DNA from: an uncultured Clostridium sp.
Lineage (GTDB): Bacteria > Bacillota > Clostridia > TANB77 > CAG-508
Length of the DNA stretch: 64,000 nucleotides
Assembly (NCBI GenBank): GCA_947651825.1
Contig: CANTAQ010000001.1
Span: 414,249-478,248, forward strand
Reading direction: 5' to 3'
The notes under the pieces are model-generated. The model had not been told where the DNA came from and did no database searches. It saw nothing but the letters and a program-made list of their open reading frames with translations. This document shows, in pieces, positions 9,921 to 19,260 of the stretch; positions within the stretch are counted from its first letter, which is position 1, and each line of letters opens with the position of its first letter. The translations under genes were made by a program, and so were the position numbers.

Positions 9921-10108
9921 AGATTTTGAACATTTTTTTACTTGTCTGTTGCCATGGCAACTTTTTCATAATATATTTGTATGAGTAACATAAAAAGTGA
10001 TATTAAATTACCTTTTTTCTTTGACAGATTTAGCCGACGATTTAATGATAGAATACCGTTATGCGGTAATTTAAAAGACTTAAAGATTAAAAGGTTATAA
10101 AACCAAAT
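9921..10108 (+). pseudogene. internally deleted duplicate of crp/fnr-family regulator gene with its leader
   Basis: Positions 9921-9999 are ~85% identical to 11041-11120, which covers the crp leader and the first 11 bp of the gene. They are fused directly to a homolog of the crp 3' end (11604-11710) that encodes LTDLADDLMIEYRYAVI*. Confidence 0.6.
9948..9961. promoter_or_regulatory. palindrome GTTGCCATGGCAAC + T-run (copy 2)
   Basis: Lies inside the duplicated leader. Confidence 0.35.
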
Positions 10109-10179
10109 AACTTTTCTCTTTACTTCTTTCTTTTTTAGCTATATAATACTTATTGTAAATTTCAAAGGGGGGTGTTATT

Positions 10180-10650
10180 TTGAATAAATTAACTATTATT
10201 TTATGTATCATATTTTCTATTATATTTTTAACTGTTGGGATTTTTGTTGGTATACAAATTCAACAAAAAGATTCTATAGAAACATCTGAAGAATCTAATG
10301 ATAAGGCTGAAGAAAAGCAGTCTAGTAAAGAAGATTCTGATGATAAAGTTGAAGAAAAACAGTCTAGTAAAAAAGATTCTGTAAATGATTTAAATAAAGA
10401 AATGGAAAAGCTTGCTATAGGAACTTTTAATGCAAAATTTGAAGTATACATATCAGAAAGTGTTTCAGGAGCTAAAGTTCGTAGCTTAGTTTCTTCAGTT
10501 AAATCAAGTAATGCAATTGAACCAGAACACCAAATTACTATAGAACCTTCTGATATTTCTACAAAAATAGTTGCTAGTAAAAAATATCTTGTAAAAGCTG
10601 AATATGGTAATGATGGTTATATAAATAAAATTTCTATAACAGAAAAATAA
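10180..10650 (+). CDS. membrane-anchored hypothetical protein with acidic tandem repeat
   Basis: N-terminal TM segment. DKAEEKQSSKEDS/DDKVEEKQSSKKDS is encoded by a ~39-bp tandem repeat (10300-10380). Confidence 0.5.
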   Translation: MNKLTIILCIIFSIIFLTVGIFVGIQIQQKDSIETSEESNDKAEEKQSSKEDSDDKVEEKQSSKKDSVNDLNKEMEKLAIGTFNAKFEVYISESVSGAKVRSLVSSVKSSNAIEPEHQITIEPSDISTKIVASKKYLVKAEYGNDGYINKISITEK

Positions 10651-10721
10651 GAATAACACCCACTATCATAGTTAAATCCTGTGGAGAAATATCTGAGAAC
10701 ATTGTTGTTTTCACAAGAAAT

Positions 10722-10758
10722 AAAAGGTGGCTTGTTTGGCACCTTTTATTTCTTTGTT
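10722..10758 (+). terminator. intrinsic terminator
   Basis: aaaaggtg-gcttgtttgg-cacctttt followed by a T-run. Confidence 0.55.
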
Positions 10759-11066
10759 TTGTGTTTTCTTTATTTCAGAATTTAATACATATTTACTAAC
10801 AGCTGTATCAAATGCTATGTCAAAGGTTTCATCAAATATTGTTGTATTTATTGTTGTAAATTTTCCTACTCCTGCTGGCATAGTACTCTCAGGTATTAGT
10901 TCTCAGAAAGTTTCTTTATTATATTGTGTCATTCCTGTATCTGGTCCTGTTGTTGAATTTATATAAAATGTAACTAATCCATCAACTACCAAACCATCTG
11001 TTAATAATATATTACAAGCTTTCTTCACTTTCAACCATAAGAATTTGAACATTTTTTTATTTGTCT

Positions 11067-11080
11067 GTTGCTATGGCAAC
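11067..11080. promoter_or_regulatory. palindrome GTTGCTATGGCAAC + T-run (copy 3), 35 bp upstream of crp start
   Basis: Same motif as at 9948 and 9803. Confidence 0.35.
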
Positions 11081-11114
11081 TTTTTTGTGATATATTTATG
11101 TAGGTGACATAAAA

Positions 11115-11738
11115 ATGAAGAGAAATTTTGATGTTGATAAATTCGTAAATAAATTATCAACTAACTGTAAAATATGCGAATTTAAAGAATTTCAAGAAGA
11201 TGAAGTTATAACCACTTTCTTAATGAGAAGAAATCAATTTTGTATTTTATTAGAAGGTGAAGCTCAACTCATAACATATGATAAAGATGGAAACAAAAAG
11301 ATTTTATATTATTATAAAAAGAATGATATTTTTGGTGAAGCTCTATTTAAAATATATATGGATAGAGAATTATTTGTTCTCGCAAAAAAGACATGCAAAA
11401 TTTTAATATTTCCTTATGATACAGCAGAAAACTGCACAGAAGATTGTTTATATCATATTGATCTATTAAGAAATTTACCAGACCTTATTTTACACAGTAT
11501 TGCTGAACAAAATTTTAGAATGATTTTATTAACACATAAAAGTGTTAGAGATAAATTACTTTCATATTTTAATGTATTATCAGTTGAAAATGGGAAGAAA
11601 ACTTTTGAATTACCTTTTTCTTTAACAGATTTAGCTGACTATTTAATGATAGAAAGAACTGCTATGATGCGTGAATTAAAAAGGCTTAAAGATGAAAAAA
11701 TTATAAAGAAAATTAATACTCAAATAACATTGCTTTAA
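11115..11738 (+). CDS. Crp/Fnr family transcriptional regulator
   Basis: cNMP-binding-like N-terminus. C-terminal HTH LTDLADYLMIERTAMMRELKRL. Confidence 0.8.
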   Translation: MKRNFDVDKFVNKLSTNCKICEFKEFQEDEVITTFLMRRNQFCILLEGEAQLITYDKDGNKKILYYYKKNDIFGEALFKIYMDRELFVLAKKTCKILIFPYDTAENCTEDCLYHIDLLRNLPDLILHSIAEQNFRMILLTHKSVRDKLLSYFNVLSVENGKKTFELPFSLTDLADYLMIERTAMMRELKRLKDEKIIKKINTQITLL

Positions 11739-11741
11739 AAT

Positions 11742-11780
11742 AATAAATAGGAGTTTTCTAACTCCTATTTATTATTTTAA
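11742..11780. terminator. bidirectional intrinsic terminator
   Basis: aataaataggagtt-ttct-aactcctatttatt flanked by T-runs. Confidence 0.6.
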
Positions 11781-12320
11781 TTTCATTCCATCTTTGAATG
11801 CATTTCCTACTACATCTCCAAGTACTCTATAAGTGTTACTTACCATATCAAATGTAATTATTTCCATTTTATCTACATCTATTTTTCCATTTTCATCTAA
11901 ATATTTCTCATCTATTGAGACATTTACAACATTTCCTATTAGTATTTCATCTTCATATGATTCCACTGTGCATTCTAAAGTTAATGGATATTCTTCAATT
12001 GTTGGTGCATCTATAAATTTTGATTTGGTCACATGTACACCAGCTTTTTTTATCTTGTCTTCATTGTTGCCTGATGCTATTCCAAAGTAATCTGAAATTG
12101 TTACAGTTTCCTTTGTTGCAAAACTTACTGTAAATGCTTTTTTCAACACCAAGTTATCAGTTGTTTTATGTTTTGCTAATGCTATATATATTTGATTATA
12201 ATCAGTCAGTCCTCCCCATGCTGCATTCATGGCATTTGCATTCCCATCTTTATCATAAGTTCCAATTATTAAAACTGGAAGTGGTAAAAAACTTGTTTTC
12301 TTTCCTAAATCTTTTCTCAT
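11772..12320 (-). CDS. flavin reductase-like (FMN-binding split barrel) protein
   Basis: LPLPVLIIGTYDKDGNANAMNAAWGG motif. The start was taken at MRKDL, which is preceded by GGAGG. Confidence 0.7.
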   Translation of the reverse strand: MRKDLGKKTSFLPLPVLIIGTYDKDGNANAMNAAWGGLTDYNQIYIALAKHKTTDNLVLKKAFTVSFATKETVTISDYFGIASGNNEDKIKKAGVHVTKSKFIDAPTIEEYPLTLECTVESYEDEILIGNVVNVSIDEKYLDENGKIDVDKMEIITFDMVSNTYRVLGDVVGNAFKDGMKLK

Positions 12321-12498
12321 TATATTACCTCCAATCATTTAATCGTTATAATATCATAACATCTGCTATTTATCAATACTTTATGTATTATTCTATTCTG
12401 CAAAAATTTGACATTTTTTCAGTTTTATGTTAACATATATATGTAGCTCTAAGCAACTTTGCAGTGCACAAATGCACAGAAAGGTAAGGTAAAAAATC

Positions 12499-12978
12499 AT
12501 GTTTGAAAACTGGAATCGGCAGCGCAAGATCAAGGCTTATCGCGGCAACAACGTGACCCTCAAGAACTATGACTCGGCTTCCCGGACCGTTGACCTGACC
12601 GTCGGCGGCAGCTGGCCCGTTCGCCTGGGTTTCGACCTGGTGGACTTCGACCAGAAGCTCCAGCTGGCTTTCAGTGGTGATCTCATCACCGGCGACGGCG
12701 AGGCCCTGTCCCGAGTCATGAAGGTTCTGTGGAACAGTCCGCTTCCCGACGTTTTCAGCAAGAATGAGCAGCTGAGAAAGCAGCTGGGTAAGCCCAGCCC
12801 CGCTCCTCTTGAGGCTCCTGCTGAGGAAAACGCCGAGAACCCGCTCGAAGACGGTGCCAAGTTGCCGGTACAGCCGGAACCCGAGCCGCTCTACTTCCGC
12901 GACATGGCCAGTTGCGTCGCCGGCATGCCCAATCAGGTGGATGTCACCGTGAAGGCGTCCTATCGGATCGACAACTGA
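12499..12978 (+). CDS. hypothetical protein encoded by GC-rich (~60% GC) foreign-looking gene
   Basis: 159-aa ORF with RBS AAGGTAAGG. Codons are CTG, GGC, CGC, ACC and AAG-biased, unlike the rest of the window. No domain recognised. Confidence 0.55.
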   Translation: MFENWNRQRKIKAYRGNNVTLKNYDSASRTVDLTVGGSWPVRLGFDLVDFDQKLQLAFSGDLITGDGEALSRVMKVLWNSPLPDVFSKNEQLRKQLGKPSPAPLEAPAEENAENPLEDGAKLPVQPEPEPLYFRDMASCVAGMPNQVDVTVKASYRIDN

Positions 12979-13033
12979 TTAACCCTACCATGACCAGAAT
13001 ATGGTCAAACACCTTTTGAAAAGGAGGTGATAA

Positions 13034-13086
13034 AGGAGTGTGATAGTTTCAACTGAAACACTATCTCACTCCTTTATACTTTTATT
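13034..13086. terminator. bidirectional intrinsic terminator (19-bp stem)
   Basis: aggagtgtgatagtttc-aactg-aaacactatctcactcct followed by a T-rich tail. Confidence 0.6.
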
Positions 13087-13620
13087 TTATAATTCATATT
13101 CTTTTATTTGGCAATTTTCAGATCCATATTTTTGTAGCATTCCATCTTCTGGAATCTCATTAAAGTAAAAGTATATTCCCCTAGATACTCCTCCATGTGT
13201 TACCAATAATATATTTTTACCTTTATACTTTTCTTTGATTTCATCTAAAAAATCTTTAACTCTATTAAATAAATCTCTTATACTTTCTAGTCCTTCTACT
13301 TCTTTAGTTGAATTATAATTCCAATATTCTTTTTCATAAAATTCGCCTAATGGTTTACCTGTATAAATCCCTATGTCTCTTTCTTCCAGTCTTTCATCAA
13401 GAATCACTTGTATTTTATTTACATTTGCTATTTCGCAAGTATGCATTGTTCTTTTTAATGGCGAACATATGACTAAGTCTATATCTAAATTCTTAACCGT
13501 CTCAGCTGCCTTTTCAGCTTGTCTAATTCCTTCTTCATTAATGTCCTCATCAAATTTGCCATTAAATTTTTTCTCTAAATTAAGCTTCGTCTGACCATGT
13601 CTTAATACATATATTTTCAT
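13087..13620 (-). CDS. histidine phosphatase (phosphoglycerate mutase) family protein
   Basis: The RHG motif near the N-terminus is in the sequence MKIYVLRHGQT. Confidence 0.8.
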   Translation of the reverse strand: MKIYVLRHGQTKLNLEKKFNGKFDEDINEEGIRQAEKAAETVKNLDIDLVICSPLKRTMHTCEIANVNKIQVILDERLEERDIGIYTGKPLGEFYEKEYWNYNSTKEVEGLESIRDLFNRVKDFLDEIKEKYKGKNILLVTHGGVSRGIYFYFNEIPEDGMLQKYGSENCQIKEYEL

Positions 13621-13646
13621 TTTGTGTTTCCTTTCTATTTTATAGT

Positions 13647-14003
13647 TTATTTAATTTTATTATATATATTATTGCAAGCCTTACATGTAATTTCCAAATT
13701 ATAATTCATTACTTTTTTATCTAATATTGTAATTAAAGGTTCTTTATCTTTTTCACAGCAAAACCTATTTTTTATGGTTATTAATTCACCCTCATAAGGC
13801 TTTCCTTCTTTGCTGTCTTCAAAGCCTATTGATACATATCCTTCGCTTCCACAATTGCACTTATATTTTAAATCTATTTTATCATATGTTGAATAGCATA
13901 AATATCCTATGTTTTCATTACATTTATCACAATACATCCATCCTCCATAATTTGTTGCTAACCTTGTATTTATTAATTCTTTATTTTTTATTGTTCTTGC
14001 CAT
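13647..14003 (-). CDS. Cys-rich hypothetical protein (zinc-ribbon-like)
   Basis: Motifs CDKC, CNCG, CC, CKAC. Confidence 0.45.
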   Translation of the reverse strand: MARTIKNKELINTRLATNYGGWMYCDKCNENIGYLCYSTYDKIDLKYKCNCGSEGYVSIGFEDSKEGKPYEGELITIKNRFCCEKDKEPLITILDKKVMNYNLEITCKACNNIYNKIK

Positions 14004-14022
14004 TTTTCATTTCTCCTTATTT

Positions 14023-15510
14023 TTATTTGTTTTCTAATTTTATAATTTTTGTTGCTACATTTTCTATGAATTTTTCATCATGTTCTACAAATATCATAGT
14101 TGGTTCATATTTTAATATTGCTTCTTCTATTTGTATTCTTGTTAATATATCTATATAATTTAATGGTTCATCCCAAATATATAAGTGTGCTGATTCTGAA
14201 ATGCTTTTTGCTATTAGTATTTTTTTCTTTTGTCCTTCACTCATTTCTTGTATATTTTTATCAAATTCTATATTAGAAACTCCCATCTTTGAAAGCATTG
14301 CTTTGAATATACTTTCATCAATTTTTTGACTTCTTACAAATTCTTTTAAACTTCCTCTTAAGTTATCAGTGCTTTGTGCAACATATGATATTTTCAAATC
14401 ATTTGCTACTTTTATTTCTCCATTATACTGTATTTCATTTCCTATAATTAGTTTTAAAATACTAGATTTTCCTATTCCGTTTTTTCCCACTATTGCAACT
14501 CTATCTCCATTTTTTATATCAAAAGACTCTTTTTTAAATATTGGATTATTATCATATTTTATTTGAAAATCTTTAGCTACAATCAATGGATTTTTTTGAC
14601 TTACTAAAGGAACCATTTTCAAAGAATCATTTCTATCTATATTTTTAAGTAAATTTGATTTTTCTTCTATTGACTTTTCTATTCTCTTTTCTATCACTTT
14701 CGATTTTTTCATCATTTTAGCTGATTGATGTCCTACATAGCCCCTATCTATACTTGACTCTGAATTCGTAGTATTATATTTTGATTTTTCTATCTTATCA
14801 GACCAATTTGCTGCATTTCTTGAAGATATATTAAGTCGTTTAATATCTTTTTGTAATTTTTCATTTTGCATTAGTTCAAAATTATCTTGTCTTTCTTTGT
14901 TTTCTTGCCATGAAGAAAAATTACCTTTCTGTATTTCTATATTTGTATTGTTTATGGAAATAATATGATTTACTACTTTATCTAAAAAATTCCTGTCATG
15001 TGATACTAATATAAATCCCTTTTTCTTTTTTAAATACTCAACTAAATTATCTCTTGTTTCTATATCTAAATGGTTAGTAGGTTCATCAATAAGTAAAAAA
15101 TTATTTCCTTTTAGAAATAAGCTTATTAATAATAGTTTTATTTGTTCCCCACCACTTAATAAATTAAAGTTTCTATAAAGAATTTCAGAATCAGTATTTA
15201 ACAGATTTAATTCTTTAATAATTTCCCAATCTTCACTATTTGGAGTTATTTCTTGAACAATTTCTATTGCCATTCTCTCCTTGTTTTTTACTTCAAAAGG
15301 AAAATAGTCAAACTCTACGCTCCTAGAAATTGTACCTTGATATTGATACTTACCTAATAAAAGTTTTAAAAATGTTGTTTTACCTTTTCCATTTCTACCA
15401 ATTAGTCCAAGTTTCCAGTCTGTATCAATATTAAATGATACATCTTCAAAAACATTATTTAGTAGCCCATCATATCCAAAACTTAAATTATTTACACTAA
15501 TCTGTGACAT
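14023..15510 (-). CDS. ABC-F family ATPase (possible ARE-type ribosomal protection protein)
   Basis: Two ABC domains (GRNGKGKTT, GKNGIGKSS) with an interdomain linker. The start was set at MSQISV, which follows AGGAGGG. Confidence 0.8.
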   Translation of the reverse strand: MSQISVNNLSFGYDGLLNNVFEDVSFNIDTDWKLGLIGRNGKGKTTFLKLLLGKYQYQGTISRSVEFDYFPFEVKNKERMAIEIVQEITPNSEDWEIIKELNLLNTDSEILYRNFNLLSGGEQIKLLLISLFLKGNNFLLIDEPTNHLDIETRDNLVEYLKKKKGFILVSHDRNFLDKVVNHIISINNTNIEIQKGNFSSWQENKERQDNFELMQNEKLQKDIKRLNISSRNAANWSDKIEKSKYNTTNSESSIDRGYVGHQSAKMMKKSKVIEKRIEKSIEEKSNLLKNIDRNDSLKMVPLVSQKNPLIVAKDFQIKYDNNPIFKKESFDIKNGDRVAIVGKNGIGKSSILKLIIGNEIQYNGEIKVANDLKISYVAQSTDNLRGSLKEFVRSQKIDESIFKAMLSKMGVSNIEFDKNIQEMSEGQKKKILIAKSISESAHLYIWDEPLNYIDILTRIQIEEAILKYEPTMIFVEHDEKFIENVATKIIKLENK

Positions 15511-15606
15511 TTTCCCTCCTTCAAAATTACTTTTTCTTATATAATAGCATAACAGACAGATAATTTTCAACCATTATCTGTCTGTTAATTTAACATTACT
15601 ATAATA

Positions 15607-15795
15607 CTATTCTAATCTCAATGCCTGTTTTGGACAAAAATTAGAACATTTCCCACATCTTATACATTTTTCATAATCTATTTTGGGTGCTTCAAATTTT
15701 TCTTGTGATAGTGCACCTACTGGACACACTTTTACTGCTGGACACTTATGATTTTGTGGACATTTATCCACTATAATATTTAACTTCTTTTCCAT
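15607..15795 (-). CDS. 4Fe-4S ferredoxin-type small protein
   Basis: CxxCxxC-type cluster Cys motifs. Confidence 0.55.
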   Translation of the reverse strand: MEKKLNIIVDKCPQNHKCPAVKVCPVGALSQEKFEAPKIDYEKCIRCGKCSNFCPKQALRLE

Positions 15796-15813
15796 TCACA
15801 AAACACTCCTTAA

Positions 15814-16011
15814 TTAATTTGTTTTATAATACAACATACAGTGACAATATCCCTCAAAGTTTGGATCATTTATTTGCTCTCTAAACTCTTTACACATACA
15901 TTTATTTTCTTTAATTCGTTCTCTTCTGCATGGACAATATCCTCCATTCTTCTTTAATCCCTCCTGTATTGCTTTTACCACTTCTTCATTTTCATTTAAT
16001 TTTACTGCCAT
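15814..16011 (-). CDS. ferredoxin-thioredoxin reductase catalytic-subunit-like protein
   Basis: CPC...CMC...CHC motif pattern. Confidence 0.45.
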   Translation of the reverse strand: MAVKLNENEEVVKAIQEGLKKNGGYCPCRRERIKENKCMCKEFREQINDPNFEGYCHCMLYYKTN

Positions 16012-16065
16012 ATTTTACTTTCTCCTTATATATATTTTTTTAATACCTTAATATAGGATTTCTAT

Positions 16066-18279
16066 TCACACTATATTTTTTATACGTTTTAATCTCAGTG
16101 CATTTAATATCACTGTTATACTACTAAATACCATTGCTAAACTTGCAAGCATTGGATTTATAGTTATTCCTATTGGCTCTAGTATTCCTATTGCAACTGG
16201 TATCATTAATAAATTATAGAAAAATGCCCAGAATAAATTTTGTTTTATATTTATTACTGTTTTTCTACTGATGTTTATTAAATTCAAAATACTACCTAAA
16301 TCGTTCTTCGTTAATATCACATCAGATGAATCCATTGCTATATCTGTTCCACTATTTACACTTATACCAATATTTGCTGTTGCTAAAGCTGGACTATCAT
16401 TTATACCATCTCCACACATCATTACATATTTGCCTTGTTTTTTTAGGTCTTTTACTACTTTTGTTTTTTCACTTGGCATTACATTTGAAATTACTTCTGT
16501 TATTCTTATTTCCTTTGCAATTTTCTCAGCTGTCTTTTTATTGTCTCCTGTTAGCATAATAGTTTCTATTTTATTTTCATTTAACTTCTTTATTACTTCT
16601 ACTGCATTCTCTCTTACTATATCGTTTACTCCTATTAATGCCAGTATTCCATTTAAACTTGCCACATAAACAATACTATTTCCTTTTTCTGTAAGTTCTT
16701 TTTCTTCTTTAATATAATAATTATCAATATCATATTTTACTAAAATTTTTGAATTTCCAACTATTAATTTCTGTTCTTCGATTTCTCCTATAATCCCTAG
16801 TCCTGTTATATTTTCAAATTCTTTTACATCTAGTTTTTCTAAATTATTTTCTTCCATATAGCTTTCAAAAGCTTTTCCTATTGGATGTGTCCCTTTTCTC
16901 TCAATACTTCCCACTAGCTGTAACAATTCTTTTTCTTCCATATCACTATAATTTTTTACTTCTGAAATTCTTAATTTTCCATATGTTAGTGTTCCTGTTT
17001 TATCAAAAACTATAGTATTTACTTTTTGTGCATTTTCCAAAATTTCGCTCTTCTTTACTAAAATCCCATTACTTGCACATAGTCCTTCACTTACAACTAT
17101 TGCAAGCGGTGTTGCTAAACCTAAACTGCAAGGACATGCTACCACAAGTATTGTAACAAAAGTAACAATTGCATTTCCAACTCCAAAGCCTAATAGTAAA
17201 TATACTATAAATGTGATAATTGAAATGAGAATAACTATTGGTACAAAATATCCCGATATTTTATCTGCTATTTTTGCTATTGGAGCTTTTGTGTTATTTG
17301 CTTCTATAACCAGTCTTACTATCTCTGATACTGTTGATTCTTTCCCTATCCTCTCTGCTTTATATTTTATAAACCCATCATAATTTAGGCTGCCCGCAAT
17401 TACTTTTTCTCCTATTGTTCTAGTTGCTGGTTTACTTTCACCTGTTATAAATGATTCATCAAAATGTGCTTTTCCTTCTATTATCTCTCCATCAACTGCA
17501 ACTTTTTCTCCAGGTTTTACTATAACTATATTTCCTTTTTTTATTTCATCTAGTGTAACTTTCTTTTCAATCCCGTTTATTTCAATAGTTGCCTGATTTG
17601 GTGTTATTTCTACTAATTTTTGTATTGCTTCTTTTGTCTTATCCTTACTAATTCCATCTAGATATCTACCTAGTTTTATAAAATATATTACAATAGCCGA
17701 AGATTCAAAATATAAATCCATTGTGTAATCATAGTTGCCATTTAATATTCTATACATTCCATATAAACTATATAGGAAACTACTAATTACTCCTATTGCA
17801 ACTAATGTATCCATATTCGGTATTCTATGAATTAAATTTTTATATCCATTTTTTAAAATATCAAATCCATATACTAAAAACAATATTGTTAATATTAATA
17901 AAGTAAATGTGTATGCTATTGGATTATGATGTGGATTAAGGTTTTCTGGTACTGGCAATTTCATCATATGTCCCATTGAAATGTACATTAAAATTATTGC
18001 AAGTATTGTAAATATTACAAACTTTATTTTTTCTGTTTTACTTTGTTTTTGTATCTTGAATTCTTTGAATACACCCAAACTCTTAAATCCTGCTTGTTTA
18101 ACATATTTCTCCAATTTTTCTTGATTTAGTATTTTTTCGTCATAATCTATACTTGCATTTGCCATTACAAGATTTACTGATGCATTTATAACACCATTTT
18201 GTTTATTCAAATATTTTTCTAATCCATTTGAACAAGCACTGCAAGTCATTCCTTCTATAGATAAAATAATCTTCTTCAT
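16066..18279 (-). CDS. copA: copper-translocating P-type ATPase
   Basis: Motifs GMTCSACS (HMA), CPC, DKTGT, GDGINDSPAL. Confidence 0.9.
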   Translation of the reverse strand: MKKIILSIEGMTCSACSNGLEKYLNKQNGVINASVNLVMANASIDYDEKILNQEKLEKYVKQAGFKSLGVFKEFKIQKQSKTEKIKFVIFTILAIILMYISMGHMMKLPVPENLNPHHNPIAYTFTLLILTILFLVYGFDILKNGYKNLIHRIPNMDTLVAIGVISSFLYSLYGMYRILNGNYDYTMDLYFESSAIVIYFIKLGRYLDGISKDKTKEAIQKLVEITPNQATIEINGIEKKVTLDEIKKGNIVIVKPGEKVAVDGEIIEGKAHFDESFITGESKPATRTIGEKVIAGSLNYDGFIKYKAERIGKESTVSEIVRLVIEANNTKAPIAKIADKISGYFVPIVILISIITFIVYLLLGFGVGNAIVTFVTILVVACPCSLGLATPLAIVVSEGLCASNGILVKKSEILENAQKVNTIVFDKTGTLTYGKLRISEVKNYSDMEEKELLQLVGSIERKGTHPIGKAFESYMEENNLEKLDVKEFENITGLGIIGEIEEQKLIVGNSKILVKYDIDNYYIKEEKELTEKGNSIVYVASLNGILALIGVNDIVRENAVEVIKKLNENKIETIMLTGDNKKTAEKIAKEIRITEVISNVMPSEKTKVVKDLKKQGKYVMMCGDGINDSPALATANIGISVNSGTDIAMDSSDVILTKNDLGSILNLINISRKTVINIKQNLFWAFFYNLLMIPVAIGILEPIGITINPMLASLAMVFSSITVILNALRLKRIKNIV

Positions 18280-18504
18280 TTAATAATTTTCCTTTACTTC
18301 AAATCCAATATCTTCTATTTTCTCTTTTATTATGTCTTCTGAAATTTTTATATCTGATTTAACTACAACTGTTCCTTCATTATAATTTGCAATGACTTCT
18401 TTAACACCTTCTATTGTACTTACTGCATTTATCACTCTCTTTTCACATCCTCCACAAACCATTCCATTAACATTTAATTTTATTTCCTCCATTTTTAATT
18501 TCAT
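18280..18504 (-). CDS. copZ: copper chaperone
   Basis: HMA domain GMVCGGC. Confidence 0.8.
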   Translation of the reverse strand: MKLKMEEIKLNVNGMVCGGCEKRVINAVSTIEGVKEVIANYNEGTVVVKSDIKISEDIIKEKIEDIGFEVKENY

Positions 18505-18923
18505 TCCTTTCTTAACAAATTTTCAAATTTATCGTTAAATTCTTTGTTGTACTTCTTCAAATTAACAGGTTTTAACTTTTTATCTGTAAGGCAATGTTTT
18601 GTCTCACAAATTAATACAGTTTTTCCTGTTTTTTTATCAGTTACATCATATCCAATTGTCATTCTTACTCCTGTATATTCTTTCATATATGGTTTTATGA
18701 CTAGTGTATCTCCAAAAGTTACATGATATTTGTATTCACAATTTACTGCTAATACTGGTATTGTTAGTCCATTTTCTTCTAATACATCAAATGGCATACC
18801 AATGCTTTTCATCCAATAACATCTTGATTCTTCCAAAAATCTTATATAATTAGAATGATGTACTACTCCCATTTTATCTGTTTCATAATAGTTTATGTCT
18901 CTTTCAAAAATAAATTCTTCCAT
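18501..18923 (-). CDS. acyl-CoA thioesterase (hotdog fold)
   Basis: YYETDKMGVVHHSNYIRF 4HBT-like motif. Confidence 0.65.
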   Translation of the reverse strand: MEEFIFERDINYYETDKMGVVHHSNYIRFLEESRCYWMKSIGMPFDVLEENGLTIPVLAVNCEYKYHVTFGDTLVIKPYMKEYTGVRMTIGYDVTDKKTGKTVLICETKHCLTDKKLKPVNLKKYNKEFNDKFENLLRKE

Positions 18924-18939
18924 TTTTTACCTCTTCATA

Positions 18940-19248
18940 TTATTTATTAAATTTTTTAAATAATGCTATTAATTCATCAATAACTTCTAACTTTCCATTT
19001 TCCAAATCTTTCATTACGCAAGAATATAAATGTTTCTCTAATATATGATTTGACAAACTTTTTACAGAGTTTTCAACTGCTGATAACTGAATTAAAATAT
19101 CATTGCAATATACATCATTTTGAACCATTCTTTTTATTCCTGCAAGTTGCCCCTCTATTCTACTTATTCTATTAATTATAATCTTTTTTTCATCATCGCC
19201 TCTAACAGTTTTCTTTTCACAACATTTGTTCAATCTTTTCATCACCAC
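18940..19248 (-). CDS. csoR: CsoR family copper-sensing transcriptional repressor
   Basis: DUF156 C-H-C signature (YCNDIL...H..C). Confidence 0.8.
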   Translation of the reverse strand: MVMKRLNKCCEKKTVRGDDEKKIIINRISRIEGQLAGIKRMVQNDVYCNDILIQLSAVENSVKSLSNHILEKHLYSCVMKDLENGKLEVIDELIALFKKFNK

Positions 19249-19260
19249 CTATAGTATTAT

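Noticed and set aside
9803-11080. GTTGCCATGGCAAC+T hairpins as ordinary intrinsic terminators
   Set aside because: There is no upstream co-directional gene for ~9 kb on the plus strand. Two of the three copies sit just upstream of start codons. They were kept as candidate regulatory sites instead.
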